Below are positions 49,909 through 60,783 of a stretch of 64,000 nt of DNA, one piece after another; positions within the stretch are counted from its first letter, which is position 1; each line of letters begins with the position of its first letter. The notes beneath the pieces were generated by a model, which did not search any database, had not been told where the DNA came from, and saw only the letters and a program-made list of their open reading frames with translations. A program made the position numbers and the translations under genes. The DNA is from Candidatus Eiseniibacteriota bacterium (GTDB lineage: Bacteria; Eisenbacteria; RBG-16-71-46; CAIMUX01; VGJL01): NCBI GenBank assembly GCA_963792585.1, contig CAWBWI010000003.1:320001-384000 (forward strand), in the 5' to 3' direction.

Positions 49909-51055
49909 CTACGCTCGATCGGATCGAGCGCTCGTAGAATCGATAGGTCTTGTACACCCTCGCGCCGATCCGCTCGAGCGGCCTGCGGATCGCCATGTTG
50001 TCCTCCAGGATCCAGGAGAACTCTCCCTCCGTAGTACCCCTTTCGGGTTCCGTTTCGGATGAGGGTGAGGTAGAGAAGAACGTCGAGCCCGCGGCCCCGA
50101 TACTCCTTTAGGAGACCGAGGACGAGGACGCGCACCTTGTGGATGTGCCGCGCGTGATAGAGGATCTTGAGCAGCCCAAACGGGAAGAGTCGGCCGTTCG
50201 CGTGGCGCACCGCCTGGTTCACGTCGGGAAGCGCGAGGGCGAAGCCGATCGGCTCGCCGTCCTTCTCGAGGAAGAGAACGATCATCGGGATCGATGACCG
50301 GTTTCAGGGACTTCGCCATGTGGGCGATCTCCTCGTCGGTCATCGGCACGAAGCCCCAATTCCGCTCCCACGCCTGGTTGTACACGAGGCGCGACATCGA
50401 TCGACCTCCACTCGCAGGTGCTTCATGTCGATCTTGCGGATCGTGACGCCCTTCGCGCTGGGCGATCTCGTCCGCGAAGCTTCTGGAGCCGCTCGCGGAA
50501 TCTCGGATCTGTGGACGATAGTAGGCGACGAGGTCCTTCACCTTCGCGAAACCCGGCCGCCTCGATCAGGTCGGGGTAGTAGCGGGGGATTGTACGGCAT
50601 CATCACGCGGGCGTGCGAGTCGAAGCCGTCGATGAGCATCGCGCACTCCTCGTTGGTGGAGAAGTTGGCCGGGCCCGCGCAGGCGGTCCATCCCGCGCTC
50701 GCCGCCAATAGCGCGCGGCCGTCTCGAGCAGGGCGCCCGAAACGGCCGGATCGTCGATCGACTCGAAGAAGCCGAAGAAGCCGGTCTTCTCGTCGGCGAA
50801 CTCAGTTGTGGTGGTGGTTGACGATCGCCGCGATCCGTCCCGACCGGCTCGCCGTGCCGGCGCGCGAGGAAGAGCTCCACCTCGGCGTGCTTGGAAGAAC
50901 GGGTTCTTCGCGGGATCGAGCATCTTCTTCGTGTCCCCGATCAAGGGCGGCACCCAGTTCGGGTCGCCCCGGTAGATCTTCCAGGGAAGCATGACGAAGC
51001 GGTCGAGGTCCCGCTCGCCCTTGACGGATGTGATTTCGACGTTGGGGATCGGCAT
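49909..51055 (-). CDS. GNAT-fold N-acyltransferase (YghO / bacterial ceramide synthase-like), frameshifted
   Basis: FVMLPWKIYRGDPNWVPPL, GFFGFFE, MMPYNP, YNQAWERNWGFVPMT, ALPDVNQ, NGRLFPFG, WILEDN, YKTYRFY. Confidence 0.85.
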
Positions 51056-51206
51056 GACGTGGGAGGATACGGGCCCTTCGCCGGCACGGCAACGGGAAGT
51101 CACGCTCGGGGGTCGATCAAGATCCGGGTCGTCCTACAGCGTTCCGGCCCGATTCATGCTATACTGCGACGGTCAACCCTGCGGACAACCCTCGAGAGAA
51201 GGATCC

Positions 51207-53993
51207 ATGGAAGCACTCGATCTGCGAGAGAAGATTGCGGAGGCGTCCGGCGCCTCGTTACAGGAGGGTTCGCCCGAACCGTTTCAATCTCTCGACCGAC
51301 TTCTGGACGCGGTCGAGGAGACACGCCAACTCCAAGGCCTCGCCGACATCACCGGCGAGGCCTTGACCGTTCAGAAGGTGGACCCCGCGCGAGCTCTACC
51401 TCCACGGCTTCTCCCTCGTTCGACTCGGCAAGCCCGACGACGCGGTCAAGGTCCTCGTCTCGCTCTGCGGTAAGCTCGAGCAGGAGGCGCGCTGGGACGA
51501 TCCTCGCCGTCCTCCTCCCGCGGGTGCTCGAGTCGGCCCCGTCGGTCGAGTCCGCGCGCTCCCTCGCAAAGGTCGGCGAGACGGTTGGCGTGGACAAGGT
51601 CGACCCCGAGGTCCTCTCGAGCGGGCCTACGAGCTCTACCCGGACGAGGAGCGGCTCGCCTACCTGATGGGCGAGCAGGCAGCCGCCGCGGGCGGATCGG
51701 AGGAAGCAGTCGGACTACTGGGCCGAGAGCCTCGACGGCTTCGTCGGTCTGAAACGGTACGACCGGATCGAGGAGATCATCCTGAAGGTCGCCGACTCGA
51801 CAAGCCCGAACACCAGCGACACGTCCTGAACGTGCTCCATCGTCTCGCCGACCAGAACCAGTGGCACCGTCTCGGCTCGTTCCTCGATCTTGCCCTGCCC
51901 GGGATCCGGAATCGCGGGCTCATCGGCGACCTTTGGAAGCTCGTTCTGCACGTCTTCCCGAAGGCGCCGGAGGAAGCGGCCTGCGCAAGTGGATCCGGAC
52001 CCTCGCGCCCGAGGCGTTCCCGGAGGCGGACGGGATCCTCGACCTTCTCGGCCGTTCGGGCATTCTCGATCCGCAGATCCGCATCGAAGTCTCGATCAAG
52101 CAGCTCGAGACGCTGCTCGGAGTTCGCCCCCGGTTTCCGTGTCTTGCACGCCTCATGGGGGATCGGCAAGGTCGCGCTGAACGACGGCGACACGCTCGTG
52201 GTCGATTTCAAAGAGACGAAGAACCACCGGATGAAGCTTGACGCTTGCCCGGCGCGCGCTGATCGTCATGGCGCCCGACGATCTTCGGGTGCTGCAGGCG
52301 GAGGGCCCCGACGAGCTGAAGCGGCTGATCAAGGAGGAGCCGGCCGAGGTGATCGTCCGCACCCTGCGGCTGCTGCGAGGGGAGGCGACCACGCAGGATC
52401 TTCGCCGCACCCTGACGGGTCAGGGGATCATCTGCGACGCCGGGCTGGACGAGCTGGTGGAAGGATGCGCGGGCCGCGCTGGAGAAGGATGATCGGATCG
52501 ATCTCTCGCAGTCTTCCGGCAGGTCTACCGGCTTGAGGGCCGAGGGAGACGACGGCGACGAGCAGATGCAACTGCCCACCATCGAGCCGCGGCGCGGGAT
52601 CCGGCCGAACCTGAACCTGCTTCGCCGGTTCCTCGAGCAACATCCTGACGAAACGGCGCGTGCAGCCCGCATGTACACGGCCATTCTCGAGCGATGGGCG
52701 CGGGATGAGAAGACGTCGGCGGAGGACTGTCTGGCGGTTCATCTCCAGCTCTACCGCTGGCGTCGGGAGATCCGCGAGGACTTCGCGCGCGCGGTTTCCA
52801 GGGCTGCCGAGGCTGGCGTTGAGATGTCGGCCTACTCCGATCCCGAGGATCAGAAGCTCATCGCCGAGGCTGCCGTCACCTCGGATGCCTCATGGAAGGA
52901 CGGCTGTCTCTTTGTCCTCTCCGCCCGCTCGGCGGAGATCCGCGAGGTCGCGCGCGAGCGGATGCGCGGGGACCCGGCGGGGGCCCAGTCCTTCCTGAAC
53001 GAACTGCTGCGGGATCCGACCGCGCGGCCGTTGGCCACGCTCGCGGTCATCGACCTCGTCCTCGATGAGACACAGGAGCCCTTCACGCCGGAACCGTGGC
53101 TCGCGGCCCTCGCCGCGACCCTTCTGATCGACGGCGCGAACAAGGAGCCGTTGCGCAAGCAGGCCCTTTCGATTCTCCGTCCCCACGGCCCCCTCGCCGA
53201 GCGGCTACGGGACTGCGAGACGCCGTATGGAAACGCCGAGCGCTGGACCGTCGTCCTCCGCCGCTGGCGGGCATCGGAACGATATCTCCAGCCGGTGCTC
53301 GAATTCCTTCGTGCCGCCGGGCACGCGGAGCTGGTCCAGGAGGTCGTCAGCGCGCACGCGGAGCGGACCGACAAGGCGCTCGGCGGTGCGGCTTCGGCTT
53401 CCGCTGTCGACTACCGAGGTCATCTGATGGCGCGCGCAACGATCCAGAAGCTCGTACACGAGCGTAACCAACTCGTGTGGGATCTGAAGAACGTCGTCTC
53501 GAAGGCGATCCAGCGGGCACGCGAATTCGGAGACCTGAGCGAGAACGCCGAGTACGACGCCGCGAAGATGAAGCAGGCCGACCACGCGCGACGGATCGCC
53601 GAGATCAGCCGAAGGCTGGCCGAGGCGAAGGCGATCGAGAACCTGGCAATTCCCGATGACGAGGTGGCGCCGGGGACCGAGATCCACGTCGAGGACGTCG
53701 TCACGCGGGACAAACGGGTCCTTTGGCTCCTGGGCGAAGGAGACGACTGGCTCGGGCCGGAGGTGATCTCCTACGTCGCGCCTCTGGGGCGGAGCCTGAT
53801 CGGCAAGCGGGTCGGGGAGCGGGTGAGCGTGGTCGGTTCCGATAGCGTCCACGAGCTTCTGATCCGCGGCATTGCGAAGAGGCTTCCGCAGGTGGCGGAA
53901 GAGACGACGCCTGCGGATCTCGAGGTCACCGACCAGGACGTTCGCGAGGTCGTCGAGGGGATCGGGGAGGCGGGTGTCGGTCCCACCGCCTAG
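51207..53993 (+). CDS. greA: GreA/GreB transcript cleavage factor with a long N-terminal extension; several frameshifts in the 5' half
   Basis: C-terminal AREFGDLSENAEYDAAK and VISY.APLGRSLIGK; upstream fragments (MEALDLREK..., HASWGIGKV..LVVDF, LKRLIKEEP) tile the interval. Confidence 0.75.
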
Positions 53994-54693
53994 GTGCTCC
54001 GGCTATCGCGCCATCCTCTTCGATCTTGACGGAACTCTTGTCGAGACGCGGCAGGATATCGCCGCAGGCGTGAACGTGATGCTCGCCGATCGCCGACTCG
54101 GCCCTCTATCCGTCGACGAAGTGAGCCGGCACGTCGGTCGCGGCGCGCGGGTGCTCGTGACCCGTTGCCTCGCCGCTTGCGGGGTGGACTCTCCATCGGA
54201 AGAGACGATCGACGCCGCCTACGCCGGCTTCCACGGCGCTTACTCCGCCCGTCTCCTCGACACGACGCTGCCGTATCCGGGAATCGAAGAAATGTGCGCC
54301 CGTCTCGACGGGGCCGGAATCGCGATGGCGATCGTCTCCAACAAGCCCGAGGATCTGTCGCGACGGATCCTCGAAGGGCTGGGGCTTGCGCGATTCTTCC
54401 CCGTGGTCCTCGGCGGCGACAGCCTACCCGTGCGCAAGCCGGATCCCGCCCCGCTTCTCCATGCTCTCACCCTCATGGGGGTCGATGCGAACGCCGGCGC
54501 TCGGAATCCGGATGGGGCTCTGATGGTGGGCGATTCGGTGGTCGACGTCCAGGCCGCCCGCGCTGCAGGGTTGCCCGTTGCGGTCGTGACGTGGGGATTC
54601 GGCTCGCGGGAAGAACTCCTGGCAGCGGGGCCGGATCGACTCGTTGCCGACGCCGAAGAGCTGACCGGCTGGATTCTTTTCGGGAGATCGTAA
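53974..54693 (+). CDS. gph: HAD hydrolase, phosphoglycolate phosphatase-like
   Basis: FDLDGTL, YPGI, VSNKP, RKPDP and MVGDS.VD. Confidence 0.85.
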   Translation: MSVPPPRCSGYRAILFDLDGTLVETRQDIAAGVNVMLADRRLGPLSVDEVSRHVGRGARVLVTRCLAACGVDSPSEETIDAAYAGFHGAYSARLLDTTLPYPGIEEMCARLDGAGIAMAIVSNKPEDLSRRILEGLGLARFFPVVLGGDSLPVRKPDPAPLLHALTLMGVDANAGARNPDGALMVGDSVVDVQAARAAGLPVAVVTWGFGSREELLAAGPDRLVADAEELTGWILFGRS

Positions 54694-54931
54694 GGACGGC
54701 CATCCATCGGCCGGAGGCCGAGGTGGGGTCGGCGACCGGCTCCGGTGAGCTGGGCAGCGAAATCGGGTTCGTTGGAGATGGGCGCGGCGATGGACAGAAC
54801 CGGTAGCGGAACGGCGACCGAGGCGTTGCATGGCGGCAGGAAGGCGCATTCGATCGTGGTTTGGTCTGAGAGAACGGCGAGCCATGGCCCGGGGTCGACC
54901 GAGGACAACCCGGTCGTCGCGTGGATCTTCG

Positions 54932-55162
54932 CTAGGCTCTGGTCCGCCCGTCGATCTGCGAGAAGATCTCGTCCTCCTCGGGGAATCGTCCTAGAGACTT
55001 CTTGGAGAAGATCAGAGATCCGTCGACCGTGACCTCGAATACGCCGCCGGAACTGGGGATGAGCTTCGGCGCGATCCCGTATTTCGCTTCGATCGCCTCC
55101 GCCAAACTGACGGCACGGGGATCGTAGTTTCAGACCTGGCAGTACTCGATTGAGATCTTCAC
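54932..55162 (-). CDS. SelW/SelT/SelH (Rdx family) selenoprotein with CxxU motif (TGA 55130-55132)
   Basis: Manual translation MKISIEYCQV-U-NYDPRAVSLAEAIEAKYGIAPKLIPSSGGVFEVTVDGSLIFSKKSLGRFPEEDEIFSQIDGRTRA; GAGGA RBS; absent from the ORF track. Confidence 0.93.
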
Positions 55163-55184
55163 GGATGTTCCTCTTCCGCCGGAA

Positions 55185-55385
55185 TCAGCCGGTGATCGAC
55201 TCTTGGGGGACGAAGAGCCACAGGAGGATGTAGGCGAGCAACCCCGCCCCGAAGCTCAGGGCCGCAACCACCCAGATCACGCGCACGAGGACCGGATCCA
55301 GGCCGAAGTAGTTGGCCAGCCCGCCGCAGACCCCCGCGATCATCTTGTCCGTGCGCGACCGATAAAGCCGTTTGGTTTCTACCAT
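55185..55385 (-). CDS. pspC: PspC domain protein
   Basis: KRLYRSRTDKMIAGVCGGLANYFGLDPVLVR...YILLWLFVP. Confidence 0.92.
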   Translation of the reverse strand: MVETKRLYRSRTDKMIAGVCGGLANYFGLDPVLVRVIWVVAALSFGAGLLAYILLWLFVPQESITG

Positions 55386-55655
55386 GACTTCAAGATCCCA
55401 CACCGAGGGGGTGGACGCAACGGCCCAGGGGGGCGGCTTGCCCCGACGTCAGCGGATCGGTGCCCGCGCCTGGGCAAGCCCCGACACGCCAGGGCGCTCA
55501 ACATGCCGCTATGGAATGGAGGGGTCGACATGGAACCTCCTTCGGAGGGATGAGCCCCTCCCTTGACCCCGTACCTGAACCCTCCCTACTCTACTTTCGT
55601 TCCCGAGCCTGCCGACGATTTCGAGTCCATCACACCCCGAACGGAGGGATCACCC

Positions 55656-56144
55656 ATGACCCCGAAGGAGCTGGCCGCCTATGCGGACGGGACTTACCGA
55701 GCGAGCGCAGGGCTCATCCGCATGGCGCCCGAGGATCGATGGGATTGGAAACCCCAGGGATCGAACTACATGACGATCGGGCAACTCTGTCATCACTTGG
55801 CCGAAGCGACGGGTAAGGGAGTCCGAGGTTTCGTGATGGGGGATTGGGGGCCGCCGCCGGAGGGGCAGAAGATGCCGGCGGCGGAGACGCTACCGTCGTG
55901 CACCAAACAGGAGGCCCTCGATCTCCTCGAGGATGACCGACTCCTGATGCATGAGATTCTCGACACGCTGCCTTCCGAGGACTTCGACCACCGGGTGGTG
56001 AAGGCGCCTTGGGGGGGAGAAGGACCGCTGTGGAGCTACTGCCTGCTCATGGTCGAGCATCAATCGAACCACAAGATGCAGCTCTTCCAGTACCTGAAGC
56101 AGATGGGGCTCGAGATTCACACGGGGCACCTGTATGGAGTGTAA
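55656..56144 (+). CDS. DinB/YfiT family protein
   Basis: WDWKP....MTIGQLCHHL and EHQSNHKMQLFQYLK.MG; GGAGG RBS. Confidence 0.85.
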   Translation: MTPKELAAYADGTYRASAGLIRMAPEDRWDWKPQGSNYMTIGQLCHHLAEATGKGVRGFVMGDWGPPPEGQKMPAAETLPSCTKQEALDLLEDDRLLMHEILDTLPSEDFDHRVVKAPWGGEGPLWSYCLLMVEHQSNHKMQLFQYLKQMGLEIHTGHLYGV

Positions 56145-56781
56145 GGGTCTCCGGAAAGCCTTCTGTGCACTGCTCTTCGGGGTCATGGTCTTTTCCGCGT
56201 GCTCGTCGGAAGAGAAACCCGCGCCCAAACCGGCCCCGTCGGCGAGCCCCGCGGTGCAGTACGAGGAACTGAAGTTCGTTGCCGATCCAACGCTTCTCGG
56301 ATTCGTCTATTCCGAGCCCTCGCTCGGGATCAGCATTGCGCCCCCTCGTGATTGGCCCTCGATGGACCCCGACTCGCTGGCGAAGCTGCAGTCGCAGTAC
56401 GACAAGTTGGCTGCCGGCAACAACAACTTCGTCGCGCGCCCGGTCCGGATCTTCTATGAAGAGAACCGGCGGCTCTTCATGAGCATCTCGCGGTTTCCGT
56501 CCTGGCCTGTGGTGATGAGTCCGCAGGTGGCGATCGCCCAGTACCGGCAGCTCGTCATGGCGGCGATGCCGGAAGCGCAAATGATGGACGGCTTCTTTCG
56601 CAACGGAGACGTGACCGGCTACCGGTTGCTGCTCGTGAACAACATGATGGCCAACTTCCGCATCGTGGTGATGCGCGAGGGGCAAGCCCCGGTCCAGATC
56701 AACTATCTCGTGCCCCGGGGTCTCTTCCCGGAACTGCAGAAGGCGATCGAGGCGTCCGTCGGGTCGATTCGCTACATCTAG
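56134..56781 (+). CDS. Hypothetical lipoprotein
   Basis: Lipobox-like FSAC after a hydrophobic stretch; typical codon usage; overlaps the dinB stop. Confidence 0.6.
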   Translation: MECKGLRKAFCALLFGVMVFSACSSEEKPAPKPAPSASPAVQYEELKFVADPTLLGFVYSEPSLGISIAPPRDWPSMDPDSLAKLQSQYDKLAAGNNNFVARPVRIFYEENRRLFMSISRFPSWPVVMSPQVAIAQYRQLVMAAMPEAQMMDGFFRNGDVTGYRLLLVNNMMANFRIVVMREGQAPVQINYLVPRGLFPELQKAIEASVGSIRYI

Positions 56782-57746
56782 GAGTCCTGAGATCCATTGG
56801 CGGGGGGCTCGCGGTCCTTCGGGTCCTCCGTCGTTGCGTTTCTACCGGCGCGGAACCGCCCCTCTTCCAGCTCATCGAGCGATCGGGGCCAATCCCCCTT
56901 CAGCAGCCTCGATAGGCCCCGATCGGCCAGCAACTTTCCTCCGGTCTGGCATCGCGCGCAGTAGTTCGTCTCGTTTTCCGCGTAGCGGATCCGCTGAACC
57001 GGGGCGCCGCAAACGGGACACGGCTTCTCATAGCGTCCATGAACGGCCATCTCGGGTCGGAAGGCGGTGACCTTCTCCGGGAATTCGCCCCCCGCCTGAT
57101 TGCGCAGCAGATCAGTCCACTCGATCAATACTGCGCGGACGGCCTCGTACAGGGTCCCGATCTCGGGATCGCTGAGCTGGCGGGTCAACCGGACGGGGGA
57201 GAGGCGTGCGCGGTGGAGGATCTCGTCCGAGTAGGAGTTTCCGATCCCGCTAAAGAGGCGCGGGTCGGTGAGGGATCGCTTCAACGTGTGGTTCTCGCGC
57301 AGAAGCGCTGCGCGAAACGTCCCGAGATCGGCATCGAGGACCTCGATGCCCCCGCGATCGAGTGCGCGTAGATCCTCCGACCCGCGAACGAGTCGGATCG
57401 AGGCGCGCCGGTTCTTGCTCGCTTCCGTGAGGGTGAGGGTTCCGTTCGGAAAGTCGAGAGCGACGAGATTGATCTTGCCGCCGAGTTTGGCGTCGGACGG
57501 CTTCCAGTGGAGCCGTCCCGCGATCATCAGGTGGATCACGAGGTAGAGATCCTCTTGCAGCGCGATGACGATCCGCTTGCCGATACGGAAGACGTCGATC
57601 ACCGACTTGTTGACGGCTTCCTCGATCGGCGGCTCGAACGAGCGGAGGACGAAGGGGTTGGCGATGCGAACACCGCGCAGTTCGGCGCCACGGATGCGTG
57701 CGGAGATCGCCTCGATGTAGACGGTGATGTCGGGGAGCTCGGGCAT
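56778..57746 (-). CDS. Fpg/Nei family DNA glycosylase
   Basis: N-terminal PELP, GKR, HLMIAG, H2TH SGIGNSYSDEIL and zinc finger CPVC...YCARCQ. Confidence 0.92.
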   Translation of the reverse strand: MPELPDITVYIEAISARIRGAELRGVRIANPFVLRSFEPPIEEAVNKSVIDVFRIGKRIVIALQEDLYLVIHLMIAGRLHWKPSDAKLGGKINLVALDFPNGTLTLTEASKNRRASIRLVRGSEDLRALDRGGIEVLDADLGTFRAALLRENHTLKRSLTDPRLFSGIGNSYSDEILHRARLSPVRLTRQLSDPEIGTLYEAVRAVLIEWTDLLRNQAGGEFPEKVTAFRPEMAVHGRYEKPCPVCGAPVQRIRYAENETNYCARCQTGGKLLADRGLSRLLKGDWPRSLDELEEGRFRAGRNATTEDPKDREPPANGSQDS

Positions 57747-57750
57747 CGGC

Positions 57751-58916
57751 CTACGCCGCGCGAAGCGCGTCGGTCACAGTCCTTCGGGCGGCATTGCGCG
57801 CGGGGAAGTACCCGCCGATCGCACCGAGGAGGATCGAGGCGATGAGCCCCGTGAGGAGGATGCCGGGCGTGAGGCGGAACTGGAATGCGATCTCGCTGAA
57901 GGATGACCAGTTCGTGGTACCCGTCGACATGCCGTGGATCGGGAGCGCCAGAGCGCAACCGATGAGCCCGCCGACGAGGGAGAGGAGTATCGACTCGATC
58001 ATGAAGCTCACCAGGATGTTCGCGGGCGTGAAGCCGAGCGCCAGCATCGTCCCGATCTCGCGCGTCCTAGCCCCGACTGCGGCATACATCGTGTTCAGCG
58101 CCCCGAAGATGGCCCCGAAGGCCATGACGACGACGAGAAACATTCCAAGGACCCGGATCACCTGCGCGAGCTGCTTGGACTGGGCGCTGTAGTAATCGTT
58201 CTCGCGAAAGGCATCGACGTGCAGTCGGGGATCGGCCTCGAGACGTTCTTTCATCATCCCGAAGGCGTTCGGATCGAGCATCCGCATCGTGACCGATGAG
58301 TAGGCGTCGCGATCGAATGCGGGAAGGAGCGACTCGACGTCTCCCCAGATCTCCGACTCGAACCCGCTCCCTCCGGATTCGAAGATGCCGACGACGAGCC
58401 AGTCGCGTGAACCGAAGCGAAGGGTCGACCCGAGTTGGCATCCCAGGAATCGTCTCGAGAGGGCGCGTCCGACCATCACCTCATCGACGCCCGGACGGAA
58501 GGGGCGCCCTTCGGCAATCCGCACGGAGGGTCGAAGCGCCAGACCCTGCTCGCCGATACCCCGCACCGTGATGTTCGAGGTGCCACCGCTCCTGCGCTCC
58601 AGGTTCGTGAGGACGACGGACTCATCGCTCACGCATGGCGATACCGCCGGGAAGGCTCGCCACGCTTCGGGTCCGCGTCGATGATGTGGGCGACCTCCCG
58701 GCCCAAGCCCGACTGCATCTCCGTCTGGGAGCCGGTACGGATCACGAGAACGTTGTCCGGGCTGCCCGTCGCGACGAGGGTTTCCTGGAATCCGTGGGCG
58801 AGCGCGAGGGTCAGCACCAGCACGGCGACGACCAGCGCGATCCCGCCGGCGGTCATCAGGGTCGCCGTCTTTCGGACGAATAGGTTGCGCAGGTTGTATT
58901 CCAGGGGGATCGCCAT
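57751..58916 (-). CDS. MacB/FtsX-like ABC transporter permease, frameshift near 58640
   Basis: RNLFVRK..TL.T..GIALVV, EGRPF.PG, GALNTMYAAV..RTREIGT.LALGF, GG.FPA..AAR. Confidence 0.88.
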
Positions 58917-58920
58917 GCGT

Positions 58921-60073
58921 CTATCCCGAATGCCGGAGCGCGTCGACCACCTTGAGTCGCGAGGCGTTCCAGGCGGGAATCGCCCCGCTGATCAGGCCGA
59001 GGGTCGAGAGCGATCCCGAGGGCGCGCAGGATCGTCCCGTCGGTGACGTACGAAGCCGCGGAAAGAAACCACCGGCTGTGAAGTCGGTCAGGCCGAAGAT
59101 GAGGCGGGCCAGACCCGCCCCGAGCAGACCCCCGAGGAGTGAGATCATCAGCGACTCGCGCAAGGACGAGGTCCAGAACGGCTCGGTCGGTGAAGCCGAG
59201 CGCCTTCAGGACGGCCATCTCTCGGGTCCGCTCCCGGGCGGCCATCATCATCGTGTTCATCGAGACGAGCATGATCGCGATCACGATCGCCGTCCCGACG
59301 GCGTAGATGACCGTCTGGATGTTGCCGAGCATGGTGATGAAGCCGAGCTGGAACGCCTTCTCGGTCTCGGTCTTGGTTTCGGCTGGGCTGTTGGCGAAGG
59401 TCGCGTCGACGGCGCGGGCGATGTCGCCCGCTGCGGCCGGGTCATTGATCTCCGAGCAAGTAGATTCCGACCTGGTTGAGATCACCCATCCTCTGGTTCA
59501 GGTACTCCCAGGAGAAGAGCAGGAAGTTCGAGTCGGCGTCGCGGAGAATCGGAGCGGGCGATACCGCGGATCGTGAAGTCCCAGGTGCCGGGGAAGATCG
59601 TTCCCTTCAGCGTGAGCTGATCGCCGACCTTGAACCCGTACTTCTTCGCGAGCTTCTCCCCGACGATGCAGGCCGTCCGCTCGCGCTGGAAGGCCTGGCG
59701 GCCGTCGGGCGGGATGATCGTGTACTCGGGATACATGTCGAGGTAGTTCTTCGGGTCGACCGCGAACTGCGCGAAGAAGTTTCGTTCGTCGATGTAGACG
59801 CCGCCGAACCAGTCCGAGTAGCTCACCCTGTTCACACCCGGCATCTGCGCCAGACGGTCCTTGTACGAGAGGGGAAGGAAGAACGTGAGCGAGGTCGATC
59901 TTCGAATGACGAGACGCGTGGCGCCGCTCATCTTCAGGGATGTCTCGAACGAGGTCAGGACGGTGCGGAGCGTGCAGAAGAGGAACAGCGAGACGACGAT
60001 CGACAGCACGGTCAGGATCGTGCGTCGCTTGCTCCGCAGGGCAGTTACGGAGGATGAAGGGAAGGAACTTCAT
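58921..60073 (-). CDS. MacB/FtsX-like ABC transporter permease, several frameshifts
   Basis: [55 protein letters not shown]. Confidence 0.88.
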
Positions 60074-60775
60074 CGTTCGCCGCGGACCACCTGCTCGACC
60101 AGGATCCCCTTCTCGAGGTGAAGGGTTCGGTCGGCGCGCTCGGCCGCATGCGGATCGTGCGTGACCATGACGATCGCCTTGCCGAACTCCCGGTGCAAGC
60201 GCTGGAGGAGGTCGAGAACGTATCCGGCGCTCGAGGCATCGAGGTCCCCGGTCGGCTCGTCGGCTACGCAGTAGGGTCGGATCGGTCACGATCGCGCGGG
60301 CGATCGCCACTCGTTGCTCCTGTCCCCCGGAGAGCTGGCGCGGGAAGTGATCCATCCGGTCTGCGAGGCCCACAATCTCGAGGGCGGCGATGACGTGCTG
60401 CTTGCGCGCGGTGCGGGAGAGTCCCGTCAACAGGAGGGGCAACTCGACGTTCTGGTAGGCGGTCAGGACCGGGATGAGGTTGTACGTTTGGAAGATGAAT
60501 CCAATGTGACGCGAACGAAATGAGGCGAGCTGGGAACTCGAAAGCTCGGCCAGGTCGATCCCCGCGACGATCACGCGGCCGTCCGTCGGTGTGTCGATTC
60601 CGCTGATCAGGTTCAGGATCGTCGACTTGCCGGATCCGGAGGGTCCCATGAGACCGAGGAACTCACCTGCTTCCACCTGCAGGTCCAGACGCTCGAGCAC
60701 GGGGATCCGGATCGAATCCCGGCGATAGACCTTCGTCACCCCTTCGAGACGGACGATCGGATCGGTGGCGCTCAT
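60070..60775 (-). CDS. ABC transporter ATP-binding protein (LolD/MacB-like), frameshift near 60270
   Basis: [31 protein letters not shown], then ADEPTGDLD and VMVTHD in the shifted frame. Confidence 0.92.
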
Positions 60776-60783
60776 CCGTCGAC

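Noticed and set aside
54694..54931. tRNA-Sec or other ncRNA next to the SelW gene
   Set aside because: No cloverleaf, UCA anticodon arm or T-loop found by eye; tRNAscan-SE would settle it.
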